64,000 nucleotides of DNA from positions 1,860,001-1,924,000 of the forward strand of contig NC_042998.1 in NCBI RefSeq assembly GCF_006345805.1, given 5' to 3'. Within the stretch, counting starts at the first letter, position 1, and each line of letters opens with the position of its first letter. Made by a program: the position numbers and the translations under genes. Of this stretch, positions 50,805 through 64,000 are shown piece after piece. Source of the DNA: Octopus sinensis (Eukaryota). The notes beneath the pieces are model-generated. The model was not told the origin of the DNA. It was given only the letters and a program-made list of their open reading frames with translations, and ran no database searches.

Positions 50805-51240
50805 ATCATCATCATCATCATTGTTTGACCATGGTCGAGACAATGGAATTTACCATGCTACGCCAGACTTCACGGTCCATCATGGCATTACGGAGGTCTT
50901 GTTGCTGGATGCTTGTATCCCTGGAGATTACGTCAGGGTAGGAGAGTGTGCGCCTTCTGGTATTGCGAGTAGATGGCTTCCAGAGGAGAAGAGTAGAAAT
51001 TACCTCTTTTTCAGCTCTACAACATTGTCCAGCAAACTGGACTCTCCTACCTTTCACAAGGGATGACACAGGTGCTAGTTTCCCATATATTTGCATTTTG
51101 ATTGGATGGCGCTTCCACGAGAGATTTTGAGCTCTCATAAGGAGGCGAGTGTAGGTTCCATCCAACCACCTCTCAAGCTTCTTTTGATAACGTCCAGGTT
51201 TCTGAGCCATATTGTAGAATTGGTTCGACTGTGGCTTTGA
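50805..51240 (-). mobile_element. RTE/RTEX-type LINE 3' fragment with (ATG)n tail
   Basis: Peptide LDGTYTRLLMRAQNLSWKRH...RRVQFAGQC...DLRNAMMDREVWR (ORF 50818-51249) followed by (TGA)n. Confidence 0.75.
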
Positions 51241-54200
51241 AGATTTCAAGTTTGAAGTCTCTTACCACACACACTGCCCACTCTGGTTAGTTTCGCTAAC
51301 TGACAATTCAATCGCTCGCCCCTTCACCACTGCAAATCTACACAATGCCCCCTTCACACCATTCCCCTCCCCTGCTCTGGCAACTTCTTTCTACAAACCT
51401 TCTAATTCTAGACATTTATTTCTCAGTCTTCCTCTTCTTATGTCTGACCTGAAGTGTTCTTCCGCTCTTCTTTTATGCTCACTTCTATATATTTCCCATT
51501 ACTCTGATGTTTTCACTTCTCCCCAAGTCCCAACTCCCTTTTTTTACAAAGATGGAACATATTGCCCCTAAAATGCTGGTTGCAGACTGCTTGCAAGGAA
51601 TTGCACCAACAGCACACCTTGAAACAATTATAAGGTACTACCTGCACATCTTCCTTCTTCACATCCAGCTTTGAATTTTACCTATGATGACCTGCCTCGG
51701 GGATGTTTTTAAGCCAATTGGACAGAATTGTTCAAATTGGGTCACACACCAAGAGAGGGCCCTGCGTAAACGCTCAAGCAGAGAATGCTATGATGAATTT
51801 TTAGTATATCCTTGACTAATGGTGGAGCCTCAAGCCCTCAATGCTTTTTGGCCGGGACCGGTGTACTACACGAAACATAAAACATTAATCTTCAGCTTTT
51901 GCAGAGCAGAGGGCTCCACTGACAATTCTCTAATTGGGCACCGCACTTCCTAGCACCAACCTCAATCTACCATCTAGTATCAGTAATACAAACTTACCTG
52001 ATAACTGTGATAGAAGAATACCAGCAGATATCACAACCATTACGAACATTCCTCAACCAATCTTTGATTTCTTGTGATCTAAACTCCAGAAACATTCCTC
52101 TCTACCCTTAAGTTGTATCAGTTTATGAATATAAATGTTATAATCTAACTAGTCACCAGTTGTTTCCTTGTCTACGTTTTTATTCTATTAGACACATGTA
52201 TGTATGATTGCAGATGTTAACACACACACACGTACATGCATGGGTGAGCATGACTGTGTTTCTGTCTCCTTGCCTTGACATTGTATAATAGCCATAATAC
52301 AAGCAGCACTGTCCTTCATCTCCAATATTCAATGAAAACATGTCTGACCATGGGGAAATATTACCTCACAGGAGAAGGTTGATGACAGGAATGGCATTTC
52401 GCCATAGAAAATCTACCACAATGCATTCCACCAGAACTACGCACAAGTGGAAAAGTGAACATTAAAATGATGAGGATATACATATATATATATATTTTGT
52501 GAGTGTATGCTTGTGTGTATGTGTGTATATATATATCATCATCATTATCATCGTTTAACATCCACTTTCCATGCTAGCATGGGTTGGATGATTTGACTGA
52601 GGACTGGCGAACCAGATGGCTGCACCAGGCTCCAATCTTGATCTGGCAGAATTTCTACAGCTGGATGCCCTTCTTAACACCGACCACTCAGCAGAGTGTA
52701 GTGGGTGCTTTTACATGCCAGTCAGGCGGTACTGGCAATGGCCACGCTCAAATGATGCTTTTTATGTGCCACCTGCACGTTTTTATTTTGTATCATGTTA
52801 TATATTCTATGTGATCTGTAGAATGATACATTAAGAAGTTTTTATGAATTCATATATTATGAATGAATGTGTGTGTGTGTGTGTATAAAAACACCCTTTA
52901 TTCTAGTTTAAAAAAAACAACTCACAAATTAAATTATTTATAAGAGTTTGAATCTAACAACAAATAGAAGTAAACAAAGAAGAAGAAAGTACCACCAGCA
53001 CAATTAATATATTTATTCCAGTTGAAAACTATTCAGATTATCAAGGAACATAGTCAATAGGTTGGTTGTAGTTGATGATGTATCAGCAGGAAATGGTTGA
53101 GCAACTCTGGCCCCTGAAGCAGTTTAGATGAAGAACTGCAGCCAGCTGCTGAGAGAATCCAAATGTCCATACTTTCACAACCAACCAAATGTAGAACTAA
53201 AATGACAGCTAAGAGGTGTGGGAAAGTTTGCTGAATCATTTCTAAATAATAAACTGATTATACAAATACCACCAAATACACAGCTGGGTTGACTAGCCCT
53301 AAGGATAATGGAGGGCTGGGGTGACAGGAAGTAGAGAAACTGTATTAAGAAGAGATGGAAAATACAATGAAATGTAAAGGATAGAATAGATACATGTAGA
53401 GAAGAAAAAAAATTGTTCGATATGGTTTCAATTTCTTTTTTTTTAAATTTCAATGTTCCTTGTCTTTCATCAAAGAATATCTTGTTGTATAGCAATTTGA
53501 CAAGAATGATGGCATCTAAGACAAGCAGAGAAGGGGAGTGGTATTGTAGAAAAAAAAAAAAAGGAACGTTATTAATTATTAAAATATACAGTTAGTAGGG
53601 CTATTAAGATCTTACAATGACATTCCAGGTTGTATGAAGGCAGTTTTTGAGGCAATCAAAAGCATCAAGTAAAACCACTCCAATGCTTTGCCATAAGTTA
53701 GACCAGATGCTACAAGTTTAAAGTCCAGGGCATTTTATTCTATGTATGATAAAGAGAAGAGAAGCAAGAACAAGGTACACAAAATATAGTAATGAGAACA
53801 AAGATGACCAGAAATCAATGAAAGAGAGAGAGAGAGAGAAGTGAATGAGTTTCCAATGAGAAATAGAAACTACGATGTTTAAATGAGACTAACAGCTAGA
53901 TTCAAAAATGACTGAGAGAGACCAGGTACCTTGAAAAGAATGAAGAAAGCAAAATATTTGCAATTAAGGAAAATTAGAAGAGAGGAGGAAATGAAAAGGG
54001 GGTGCCCACTAGTAGATGCTAGGTGTAATTTAAAAATATCAGGTGAGAGAAAAATAAAACTTTTAAAATTGAAAAAAAAAAAAAAGTGGGGTGAGATGAT
54101 GATGTCTGAGACAAAATGGATATTCTATTGAATAGTTAAAATGAAGAGTCTAATGGATATTCTATTGAATGAAAAATGTTTGAAGAAATGGAGAGAGAAG

Positions 54201-54272
54201 GGCGAAATGAGAGAGATTGACAAGTAACCAGCAAGTTAGGAAGTAGATTTATCCAGCAATCTACATCAGTTC

Positions 54273-54532
54273 TCACTTCTCTCCCCCACTCTTCTTCTGT
54301 GATGATACCTGACATAAGCTACCTGAAGAAGTGGATGACAAAGTGCAGGAGTTAGCATCTTGGCCACTTTTCTTTTGCAAGGAGTAAAACATTTCGAGTG
54401 GCTTGTTGACTTTCCAGTACTTGTCATTCACCTGATCCAGGGTCATAGAACCACTCAGGTGGGCAAAGTTTCCAGGTGATGTTGCAATAAAAATCATATA
54501 CTTGTTATTTTCGGCGGGTGTACTTAATGAAC
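54273..54532 (-). CDS. RNF2: Last coding exon of PRC1 E3 ligase RING1/RNF2 (Sce/dRING orthologue), RAWUL domain C-terminal part
   Basis: [41 protein letters not shown] matches the recalled RING1B segment [41 protein letters not shown]. Acceptor TTATTGCAG| at 54533, phase 1. Stop TGA at 54273-54275. Confidence 0.92.
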
Positions 54533-55881
54533 CTGCAATAAATAACAAAAAAGAAAAGAATATTAGTATAGAATTTCAGTGATATTTTTCACATCTGCAT
54601 AAGAATATTAAATCTAAATAAGGGCTTAAATGTATAAGATGATGATTATTATGATTTATTTACCACATAGATTAAACAAGGCAACATAGGAATAGAAAAT
54701 AAATGTGAATGTACACACACACACACACACACACGAAAGCAGTCTGTTCTGAAACATAGCTTGATCACTTCAAGCACAAATACAGTGTTAGATCCTCAAA
54801 TGAGAACAGATATAGCTTTTGAACCCAGAGACGCTCTTTAAAAAACTTTCCACAAATAACGGCTTCCATGCCAGTGGCACATAAAAGGCACCATTCGAGT
54901 GCGATCGTTACCAGCGTCGCCTTACTGGCACTTGTGCCCTGCTAGTAGGGTGCCAAGAGCACCATCTGAGCGTGGTCATTGCCAGAGCGGCTATCGGGCC
55001 TCTGTGCTGGTGGCACGTAAAAGACACCATTCGAGCGTGATCGTTACCAGCATCGCCTTACTGGCACCTGTGCCAGTGACATGTGTAAAAAGATTCGAGC
55101 GAGGCCGTTGCCAGTACTGCCTGACTGGTCCCGTGCTGGTGGAACGGATTAAGTCTATTATATTGACCCCAGTGCGTAACTGGTACTTATTTAATCGACC
55201 CCGAAAGGATGAAAGGCAAAGTCTACCTCAGCGGAATTTGAACTCAGAACGTAGCATAAGACGAAATACTGCTAAGCATTTCGCCCGGCGTGCTAACGTT
55301 TCTGCCAGCTCACCACCTTCCTGAAATACCACAAGGCATTTCGTCTGATGCACTGATTTGATTGTCTTACCATCTCATACACATCCATGTATCATATAGT
55401 CAGTCTTCTAAGCAATTTCCGTCTACCAAATTTCACTCTCAAGACTTTGCATAACCTAATGCGAGGCTGGAAGATATTTTGCCTCACAATTTATGAACAA
55501 TAATGTTATTAATGACTTGTAGGTAGGTGGTGTTTTGGTATGCAACCGTAATAAACCACTATAAAGTCTATTATGGTTGCATAATGAAATACCACATACC
55601 TACAAGTCGTTAATGTTTACAAACCAGCTCCAGGAATGTGTTTAAAGTGTAAATAGGTATATCCAATAACTTAACACCACTGTAGGTGGTGGCTATATAA
55701 GCGATGCGTATGGAGGCGAGAATGGGTTAGATGGGTGTTGATGAAGGGGAACCCCCACCCCCGAAATATGGCATAGACACTCATTACCCATTTTTGTCTT
55801 TGATCTCATTGTTTACATCTGATATCTCAATACAAAACGTTGTAGTAAAAAATCAGTGCTGGTTATAATTTTATAGAATAT

Positions 55882-57650
55882 CTCTCTTACTCTTTTACTT
55901 GTTTCAGTCATTTGACTGTGGCCATGCTGGAGCACCGCCTTTAATCGAGCAACTCGACCCCAGGACTTATTCTTTGTAAGCCCAGTACTTATTCTGTCGG
56001 TCTCTTTTGCCGAACTGCTAAGTTATGGGGACGTAAACACACCAGCATCGGTTGTCAAGCAATGCTAGGGGGACAAACACAGACACACAAACAAACACAC
56101 ATACATATATATATACATATATACGAAAGGCTTCTTTCAGTTTCCGTCTACCAAATCCACTCACAAGGCATTGGTCGGCCCGGGGCTATAGCAGAAGACA
56201 CTTGCCCAAGATGCCACACAGTGGGACTGAACCCGGAACCATGTGGTTGGTTAGCAAGCTACTTACCACACAGTCACTCCAGAACTAACCTTAACAAAAT
56301 AATGTAAAAAGCACTGCTAATGCAGTAGAACGTGGTACTGACTTGTAAAAACATTTAATATACTTTATAGTATATTATGGTTGCAGAACGAAATACCATG
56401 TACCTACAAGTCATTAATGCTTACATACCAGCATCACCTTACTGGCACTTGTGCTAGTGGCATGTGAAAAAACATTCAAGTGAGGTCGTTTGCCAGTGCC
56501 GCTGGACTGACTCCTGTGCAGGTGGCATGTAAAATACACCATTTGAGTGTGGCTGTTGCCAGTAATGCCTGACTGGTCCCTGTGCCAGTGGCATGTAAAA
56601 GCACTCACTACACTCACTACACTCTCTGAGTGGTTGGCATTAAGAAGGGCATCCAGCTGTAGAAACTCTGCCAGATCAAGATTGAAGCCTGATGCAGCCA
56701 TCTGGTTTGCCAGTCCTCAGTTAAATCATCCAACCCATGCTAGCATGGAAAGCAGACGTTAAACGATGATGATGATGATGATGATGATACCAGTTCCAGG
56801 AATGTGTTTAATATGTAAATAGGTATATGCAATAACTTAACACCACTGTATGCGGTGGCCATATAAGCAATGTGTTTGGAGGCAAGAATGGGTTAGATGG
56901 GTGTTGATGAAGGGGCAAAAACCCCCGAATATGGCATATACACTCAATACCCCCTTTTGTCTTCAATCTCATTGTTTATATCTGACGTCTTGAGGTGAAA
57001 CGTTGTAGCAAAAATCTGGCTATAATTTCCATAGAATATCTGTAGAACCAACCTGATGTTATTGGTTATAGGTCTCCAATGGACCAACCACTAGTTCACT
57101 GTATTTCTGACTGTGAGAATAACAAGGAGGTGTCTGTAACTCAGTGTAAAACAATTTATTCAAAGAGCACTAATTTTTCACCAACGTTTACATTCTTCAC
57201 AAACATGCATCAACAAAAGACATATACACACACATATATATATATATGTATGGCTGAAAACACAACTATGTTCAAGTTTTACCTTTCTTATTTAGAGTTT
57301 ATATGTATACATGCTACCATGGAAAGTGGATGTTAAACAATGATGATGATGATATACATATATATATAAATACTCTTTTACTTATTTCAGTCATTTGACT
57401 GCAGCACTGCCTTTAGTCGAGCAAAACACACCAGCATCAGTTGTCAAGCGATGTTGGAGGGACAAACACAGACACACACATATATATATATATACGAAGG
57501 GCTTCTTTCAGTTTTCATCTACCAAATCCACTCACAAGGCTTTGGTCGGCCCGAGGCTATCGTAGAAGACACTTGCCCAAGATGCCACACAGTGGGACTG
57601 AACCCAGGACCATGCGGCTGGTAAGCAAGCTACCTACCACACAGCTACTC
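55882..57650 (-). mobile_element. Intronic SINE family A copies (55882-56280 and 57370-57650)
   Basis: Reverse complement of the family A modules. Confidence 0.8.
56432..56786 (+). mobile_element. 5'-truncated RTE 3'-UTR insertion with 7-bp target-site duplication
   Basis: ATACCAG at 56425-56431 and 56787-56793 flanks the insert, which ends in (GAT)n. Confidence 0.85.
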
Positions 57651-59778
57651 TGCACCTTATATGTATATATATGTATATATATACATATAATCATCCTCAT
57701 CATTTAAAGTCCGTTTTGCATGCTGGCATGGGTTGGACAACTTAACAGAAGCTGACAATTCAGAAGACTATGCCAAGCTCTATTGTCTGATTAAGCATGG
57801 TGTCGTCTACACCTGGATGTCCTTCCTAATGCCATCCACTTTACAGAATGTACCGGATTCTTTTCCATGTGGCACCAGCAGCAATGGGTTTACCAAACAG
57901 TAAATTTTAAAAAGACCCCCTCAACTAAGGGGAGAGTAGTGTTGGGGGAGGTGGCTCTGTGCCAGATGAGAGGTTAGAACAAATATATATATATGTAAAA
58001 GGACTTAGAAGGTAGGGCCTCCAACCAGGCCTTTCACAATACCCTTAAAGCCAGGAACTTTTCAGCCCCACCCCCTCCTGATATATGTATATATTTGCAT
58101 TATTCTTTTGCAGTTAGTTTGGAACAATAAAGTTACAAAATCCATTCAGCTTCATCATCAAGATGTAAAGTATTATTGATGTGTGTAGCTGCCTCGTTGT
58201 TATGAATAATAAATGTGATTTCCAAATACTTTATTTCCCAATTTAGTTTAGGCATTCAGATCAACATCGAATGTCTGTTATTCCATGCTGGCATTGGTTG
58301 GATGGTCTGACAGGAGCTGTTAATACTCCATCGTCTGCTTTGGCATGGTTTCTACAGTTCTCTGCCCTTCCTAACACCAACCACCTGACAGAGTGGATGC
58401 TTTTTACAGGGCCACCAGTACCAACAGGGCCACCAAGCAACATGCATGATAAAACTCCTTGGCTGGGAGGGGGGAGTAGTGTGTGTATGGGGGGGGGTTA
58501 AAGGTATAGAGGGACAAGGATAGGCATCTTGCTCTAGAGTAGATACACGGATACCCCAGTTGGAGAGCAAGGTAGAGAGTAAGATAAAAAGAACAGGCAA
58601 GTGAGGGAGTGGAATAAAGAGGGCAATAGTGAGGAAAATTGTGGCGAAAGTGTGTCGAGACATGCCCTTGAGAGACACTGAGGGTGGTGAGCATAAGTGA
58701 GGTGATACAGAGGTTTGAAGTGGGTGGGCAGGACAGAGGTGACTGTAGCAATGACGGAGCGAAGTACAAGGGAAGGGTTGTGGCAGATTGGCTGATATCC
58801 AAGAACAAACAGAAGCAATGTAAGGTTGAAGGATCTTTTTAGTCTTATCAGAGACAGCCTCTCTACGGTCGGTGGAATGATGCACATGGTAAAGTGGTTG
58901 ATGATAGGAAATGCATTATACTGTAAAAACCATACCAAAAAAAAAAAAAAGAAAAGAAATTAACAAAGATTTGGATTCTGCAACTGCATTGAAGGTAACA
59001 CACCTGGGAGAACAGAAACTCTGAATAAAGATATTCGAGTTCTTTTATACTGGCAAGAGAAAATACACCCAGTCCACAAAGCTGGTGAAAGAAGAGGTCC
59101 CTAGCCATAAAAGCTATGTCAAAAATATAACTTTATAATAAAGGTCCCAGCTTCTCTTACTGTCTGTCTATGCAAGATGATGCTTGTAGCAAAATTTCAT
59201 CTCATGAAGATGTAGACAATAACCCAACACTTAAACATCACAATCACTGCCATTGTCTATTTTAATACATATACACATATATTTCTACATTAACATGAGG
59301 GGAAAAAGACAGAACATATTTCAATGACTCAATTTTGTATCATTTAATGCCTGGCCTAATATTTGAAGGCCTGAACTAACTTGTCTACCTCTACTTAATT
59401 CTTCAACTAATATATATATATTTGCATTACATGTCCAAACAAGAACAACTATTTCTCTTTGAAATATTATTCACTACATAAAAATAACTTCCCAGTTTAC
59501 TCAACTAATTCTAACATAAGTGAACAATAGATCCTCTATGTGGTCAATTTGACTTGCTAGAAATAGCAGAGAAATCTCCCTTAATACACACCTACTGTTT
59601 TAGAAAAGAGAGGGCACATTGGATAACAAATGTAGAAAGACATTTGAAAAAAATAAATAAATAAAACTAATGAGATGTTTAATGCTAAACCCCTTTTGAT
59701 CATTGCCCTGCTAGATTAGGGCTGACTGTGGACCAAACATGAGCAGCTGCTTTTAACAAATATTGAGAAAGTACTTAC

Positions 59779-59826
59779 CATTTTCAACAGACAGTCTAAT
59801 AGCTAGGTACTTGGATAGGTGATCAA
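59779..59826 (-). CDS. RNF2: 48-nt internal coding exon of RING1/RNF2 (RAWUL N-terminal helix)
   Basis: (V)DHLSKYLAIRLSVEN(G) matches RING1B VDHLSKYLAVRL. Flanked by TTTTTCAG| and |GTAAGT. Phase 1 end splices in frame to 54532 across a 5246-nt GT-AG intron. Upstream exons were not found in the window. Confidence 0.9.
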
Positions 59827-59946
59827 CTGAAAAATGAAATAAAACAAACAGTTAATATATAAAATACAAAGCAAACGATAGTCACAGTTTTACTTAATTT
59901 TCAAAGATGGCTTACATCAATGAAACACCATTACAGTTGGAGTACA

Positions 59947-60148
59947 CAAGGGGTCGCTGAAAAATTCCTGGCTTTAAGAGTAGCAGGGAAGGCCTAGTTG
60001 GAGGCCCCAACTTCCAAGTTCTTTTACAGGGCTTAGAAAAACTGAAGGACCACTGCAATAAGTGTGTGAATCTGAGAGAGGGGATATGTTGAATAAAATC
60101 CTAATTAAGTGATCCTTCCAAAGCCAGGAACTTTTCAGCACCCCCTCC
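59947..60148 (+). mobile_element. Mariner-derived MITE
   Basis: Inverted ends GGGG.(C/T)GCTGAAAA(A/G)TTCCTGGCTTT, TA at the right end, and an internal remnant GLEKLKDHCNKCVNL..YVE* resembling a mariner transposase C-terminus. A fragment lies at ~58040-58075. Confidence 0.7.
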
Positions 60149-62263
60149 TATATTTCCATGATGCATAAACAAATACATAACAAACCCAAGCTTTCTGTAA
60201 GACTAGGTCAGAGGTGATAGCAACTCAAAGCAGGAAATCCTCTTTAGTATTTCAGGTCTATAGAAACAGGTTAAAGCTATTATCCACAGTCAATTAACTT
60301 ATTTAGTGACACTATATTGATTTATTCAATTCCATTTGATTACTTACAAATATAAATATAATTGGAATAAAGTTTGTTTTGAAGCTACTTCCTCTCTCTC
60401 TCTTTCTCTACTCACACACAAACACACACGTGGTAATCATCCATGTATCTTCAGCTCTAAAAAGTGAAATAACCATAATAAAATTCCAAGTGATTGGAAT
60501 GCAGAGAAAAACCAACACAAAGCCAAATGTGAAAATGCCAAAAGAAATTAAAATACATCTGTTTTTCAAACTTGAGCCTTAGATTTAGACATTATATGAT
60601 TCTCAGTTTCACAAAAGTGCAGTTCAAGGGTGTCAGCCTATTGTTTCTATCATATCCTTGTTGAAACATCAACTATTCTTATCCTGCCACAAGTACTGAA
60701 CTATGTATCTGCCCATGACAATTCTCAATGGCTCAGTTTATTTTCTTTAAAAAGAAATGTGAAGAGCATATTAGATAATGGAATACAAGATATCCCACAA
60801 AAAGACAAGATGGCAATAAGTGGAAAGCCTTTGATTATAAGTCTGCTCAATTGGTGTTGACCAGGGGCTAAACAACAGCAACAGAAGATCAAAGGCAAAA
60901 ATCAAATAAACATGATCCTCTCTTCATTTTATAATACAACACACTCAGTATACTAAAAAGGCTGATATTTAATCTCTTTAGTTAGCAATGACCAAATCCA
61001 TCTTGTCTGGCACCACTGGAACCATCACCAGACTTTACAGTTATACAAGAGGAACCAACATGAAACAGCAACCAAATTCCCTCAGATTACATCCGACTGG
61101 TTTGAAAAGGGAAACACACATTGTATAATATAGTCCTAGATACACAATGACTAAGAGAAGTCTGGTTATGGTTTGAATATGTTTTATCATAGGTCTGCTC
61201 AGTCAAAACTGACATAAGCTCAAACAGAAAACAGGTAAGTGACAGGTAAAATCAATGAGGAAAATGTTCATATTTCTTTTGTATAAAGCAGCAAAAACAA
61301 GTAGAGGGAGGCAGAAGCTATGACCCTTACTGGCCCTTCTTAGACTAGTGAAATTGATGTGGTTGATGTTCACTTTTAATATTCACAGATCCCTATTTGC
61401 CGGTGAATTGGTGTTTGTAGCTTAAATGTCTATAGACTGATATGTATAGAGAAAACTTGAACATTTTAGACAGTTTCAGGTAGCTTCTGAGAGAGAAGGA
61501 AAGAAAGAACAAAATACCAAAGTTACGTTGCTCAAGTAAAATTGACCAAAGTTATGAAGAAAAAAATATTTCCAAGAAAATTCTTTTCAAAAACACGAAA
61601 ATTTAACAGAAAATTTCTAAACATTAAAAACTATAGAATTTAAAGAATTTTACTGGTCATCCAAACAAAGAATTATCATAAGAATCACTACTGGAGTCAA
61701 TTTGATGTACGTTTTGAAATACATGACCATTTAGTTTCTGAGCAATTAATTTCGCTTTTAGATATGAAGAACAGCGTTTTGATAATTGCATCAAAACTAT
61801 GATACAACTGGTTTCATCTCCAATCATCATCAGAGTCCTTTTTCTTGGATGTGTACATAGTATCAAACAGGATTAGGACTAGAAACTTCTGTTTCTAAAC
61901 CTAGGGTTATAATATTCTTATGCACATGCTAAAGATGTACAGACATTTAATGTGACATTTTTATAGCTTATTTGAATTTATTTTTCACTACAGACAGTCA
62001 GAGCAAGACATCAGCTTCATATGGGTGGGTGAAGGGAAAAGCAAAAATTTAAATAAGTTAAAAGCACAACAATAAATATATATTCATAAGTAGCCTAGCT
62101 GATAAGAGCACTTACTATCCTTAGTTTAGAAATATAGGTCCCTACTTGAAATCCAGTCTAGTACATATATCCAGGAATAAGACACTTTGACGATCAGAGA
62201 TCAAACCAATCAAAATGCAGTGTAAATGTCAACATAATTATCATCATCAGATGTAAATATTAA

Positions 62264-62483
62264 CCCTTTCATTACTGTATTTATTTTGAGATGCTCTGTG
62301 TTTCTTTTAATTACTTTAAATAAAACAAAGAGATTAGTAAAATAACTTCATTATCATTAAGCTAGCATTAGGAACATAAATTGCAATTAAGGTTTCGTGG
62401 AAGATTTTAATTCAAAACTTATGAAGACAAGACATTTGTACTCCGAGCCAGAACCGGTTTCAGCCGGGTTGGTAATGAAAGGG
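62264..62483. mobile_element. 220-bp piggyBac-type MITE
   Basis: TTAA|CCCTTTCATTAC ... GTAATGAAAGGG|TTAA: 12-bp TIR, CCC/GGG termini and TTAA TSD. Confidence 0.85.
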
Positions 62484-64000
62484 TTAAATAAAAATTTCAT
62501 CTCTAAAGAAAATAATAATCACATTAACAATAATACGTCTCAGACATTTAGGCAATTACTGATTGTTTACTTCATTTGTAATCTGAATCAAACGATGATT
62601 AAGTGTACATCAGAATCTAATTATACAACTCGTTAAGTAGTTAGAGTGTTGGGCTCGCAATCATGAGGTTATGAGTTTGATTCCTGGACTAGGCTTTGTG
62701 AGTTGTGTTCTCGAGTAAGACACTTTATTTCACATCGCTCCAGTTCTCTCAGCTGTAGAAATGATTTGCGACATCACTGGTGCCAAGCTGTATCGGCCCC
62801 TTTGCCAGTGGAGAGGAGAGGGGGGCCTCCACAAGCAACCTTGCCCGGACTTGTGCCTCAGAGGGGAACTTTCTAGATGCAATCCAATGGTCATTCATCA
62901 CCAAAGGGAGTCTTTATCTTTTATCCAATACAAACAAACATCACTAATTTTTTCATCCCAAGATCAAACAAAGAACATAGCTCAAATCTTAAAATTTTTA
63001 GTACATCTTGACTGATTGTTCCTTCAACTCCAGGTGAAATTGTTTCCAGCATTTCTTGGATCATAATTAAAAATGTCATTATTCATTTCTTCTGCAATAA
63101 CCAACCACTTTGAGGTAACAAAATGAACACAATTATTACTTATACAATACACTCACTACTTAAATCAATGTGCAGTGACTTTACATGGTACCTAATTACC
63201 ATGCATGAACTAGCAGGAGTTAATGACATTGCTGATAGCACAAAAGAGATAAAAGAATATGAATGGTAAACCCTTTAGCTGACAGACTGGGTTGAAATTT
63301 TAATGAATCATTTACAACTTTTTAAGCAGAACTAACAGATCACTTCTCCAGGAAAGAAACACAAAACTACAACCAAAATAATAATTCAGGAACTTCTCAA
63401 CTCAGAGCCAACAAGAAATACTAAAAGAATATGAAAATAACCAGGACAGGCTAGGATGACTAAGAATATACGCCAAACAGATAGGTAAATTCATTACAAT
63501 GGATAGTAATGTAGAGCAGGCAAGAAATTAGCTGATATCTGATATTAATCTTCAACATCAGTTAATACTAAATTATCTTTTATAAATATTTTGAAATTAA
63601 TGTTCACAATGCGATATACTTTTAATTTAAATAACATTTTTAATGTGTGTGTGTGTGTGTAGCAGCTGCAACAGTAATATTAAAGCAGCAGTGGTTAAGA
63701 AATCCAATTCACAATTATGAAACACAAAGTGTAATCTTCCACCTTATTGTGGTGTGATGGCTTGTGTGCCTCACTGACCCTTAGAGCTATGCTAGTGAAC
63801 CACAAACTCCTGGTAGGGTCTCCTATGCTGGACAGGTCAAAGGACAGAGACCAAACAAATATGGTCCTCCTCTTCCCAAACGTAAAAATGGGTTTACATT
63901 GTGCCAACCCCCCTGCCTAGAATAAAGATAAGTTGCAGAAGCATGAATGACAATTCAAAACCAACAAGACTTGGAAGAGGAAGGTCTTCCCTCAGGGAAA

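Noticed and set aside
58352-58938. Overlapping 134-177 aa minus-strand ORFs in the RNF2 intron
   Set aside because: Antisense translations of a purine-rich, probably LINE-derived remnant. No domain recognised.
59827-64000. Search for the preceding RNF2 exon (expected ...RYIKT..NAT-V) and short frames at 61657-61866 and ~62930-63130
   Set aside because: No sequence encoding the expected peptide with a phase-1 donor was found. The short frames do not resemble RING1, so the region is treated as intron.

Overview
AT-rich, repeat-dense eukaryotic (animal) genomic DNA. The SINE/LINE families and (TA)n, (CA)n and (ATG)n tracts suggest an octopus-like cephalopod; this is an inference and was not checked against a database. 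Frequent homopolymer indels suggest an error-prone long-read assembly. One host gene is recognisable: the last two coding exons of a Polycomb PRC1 RING1/RNF2 (Sce) orthologue on the minus strand (59779-59826 and 54273-54532), with the rest of the gene beyond the window. The remainder is mostly mobile DNA: a ~619-bp tandem array, a near full-length RTE LINE with a PHD-like finger, CR1-type LINE fragments, a Penelope element whose pseudo-LTRs carry a U3-A8 variant hammerhead ribozyme inside a ~4.6-kb inverted-repeat structure, an intact IR-DR DD34E Tc1 transposon nested in a SINE, Helitron-, piggyBac-, Kolobok- and mariner-type non-autonomous elements, fold-back hairpins and four tRNA-SINE-like families. 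Coordinates of degenerate repeats are approximate.
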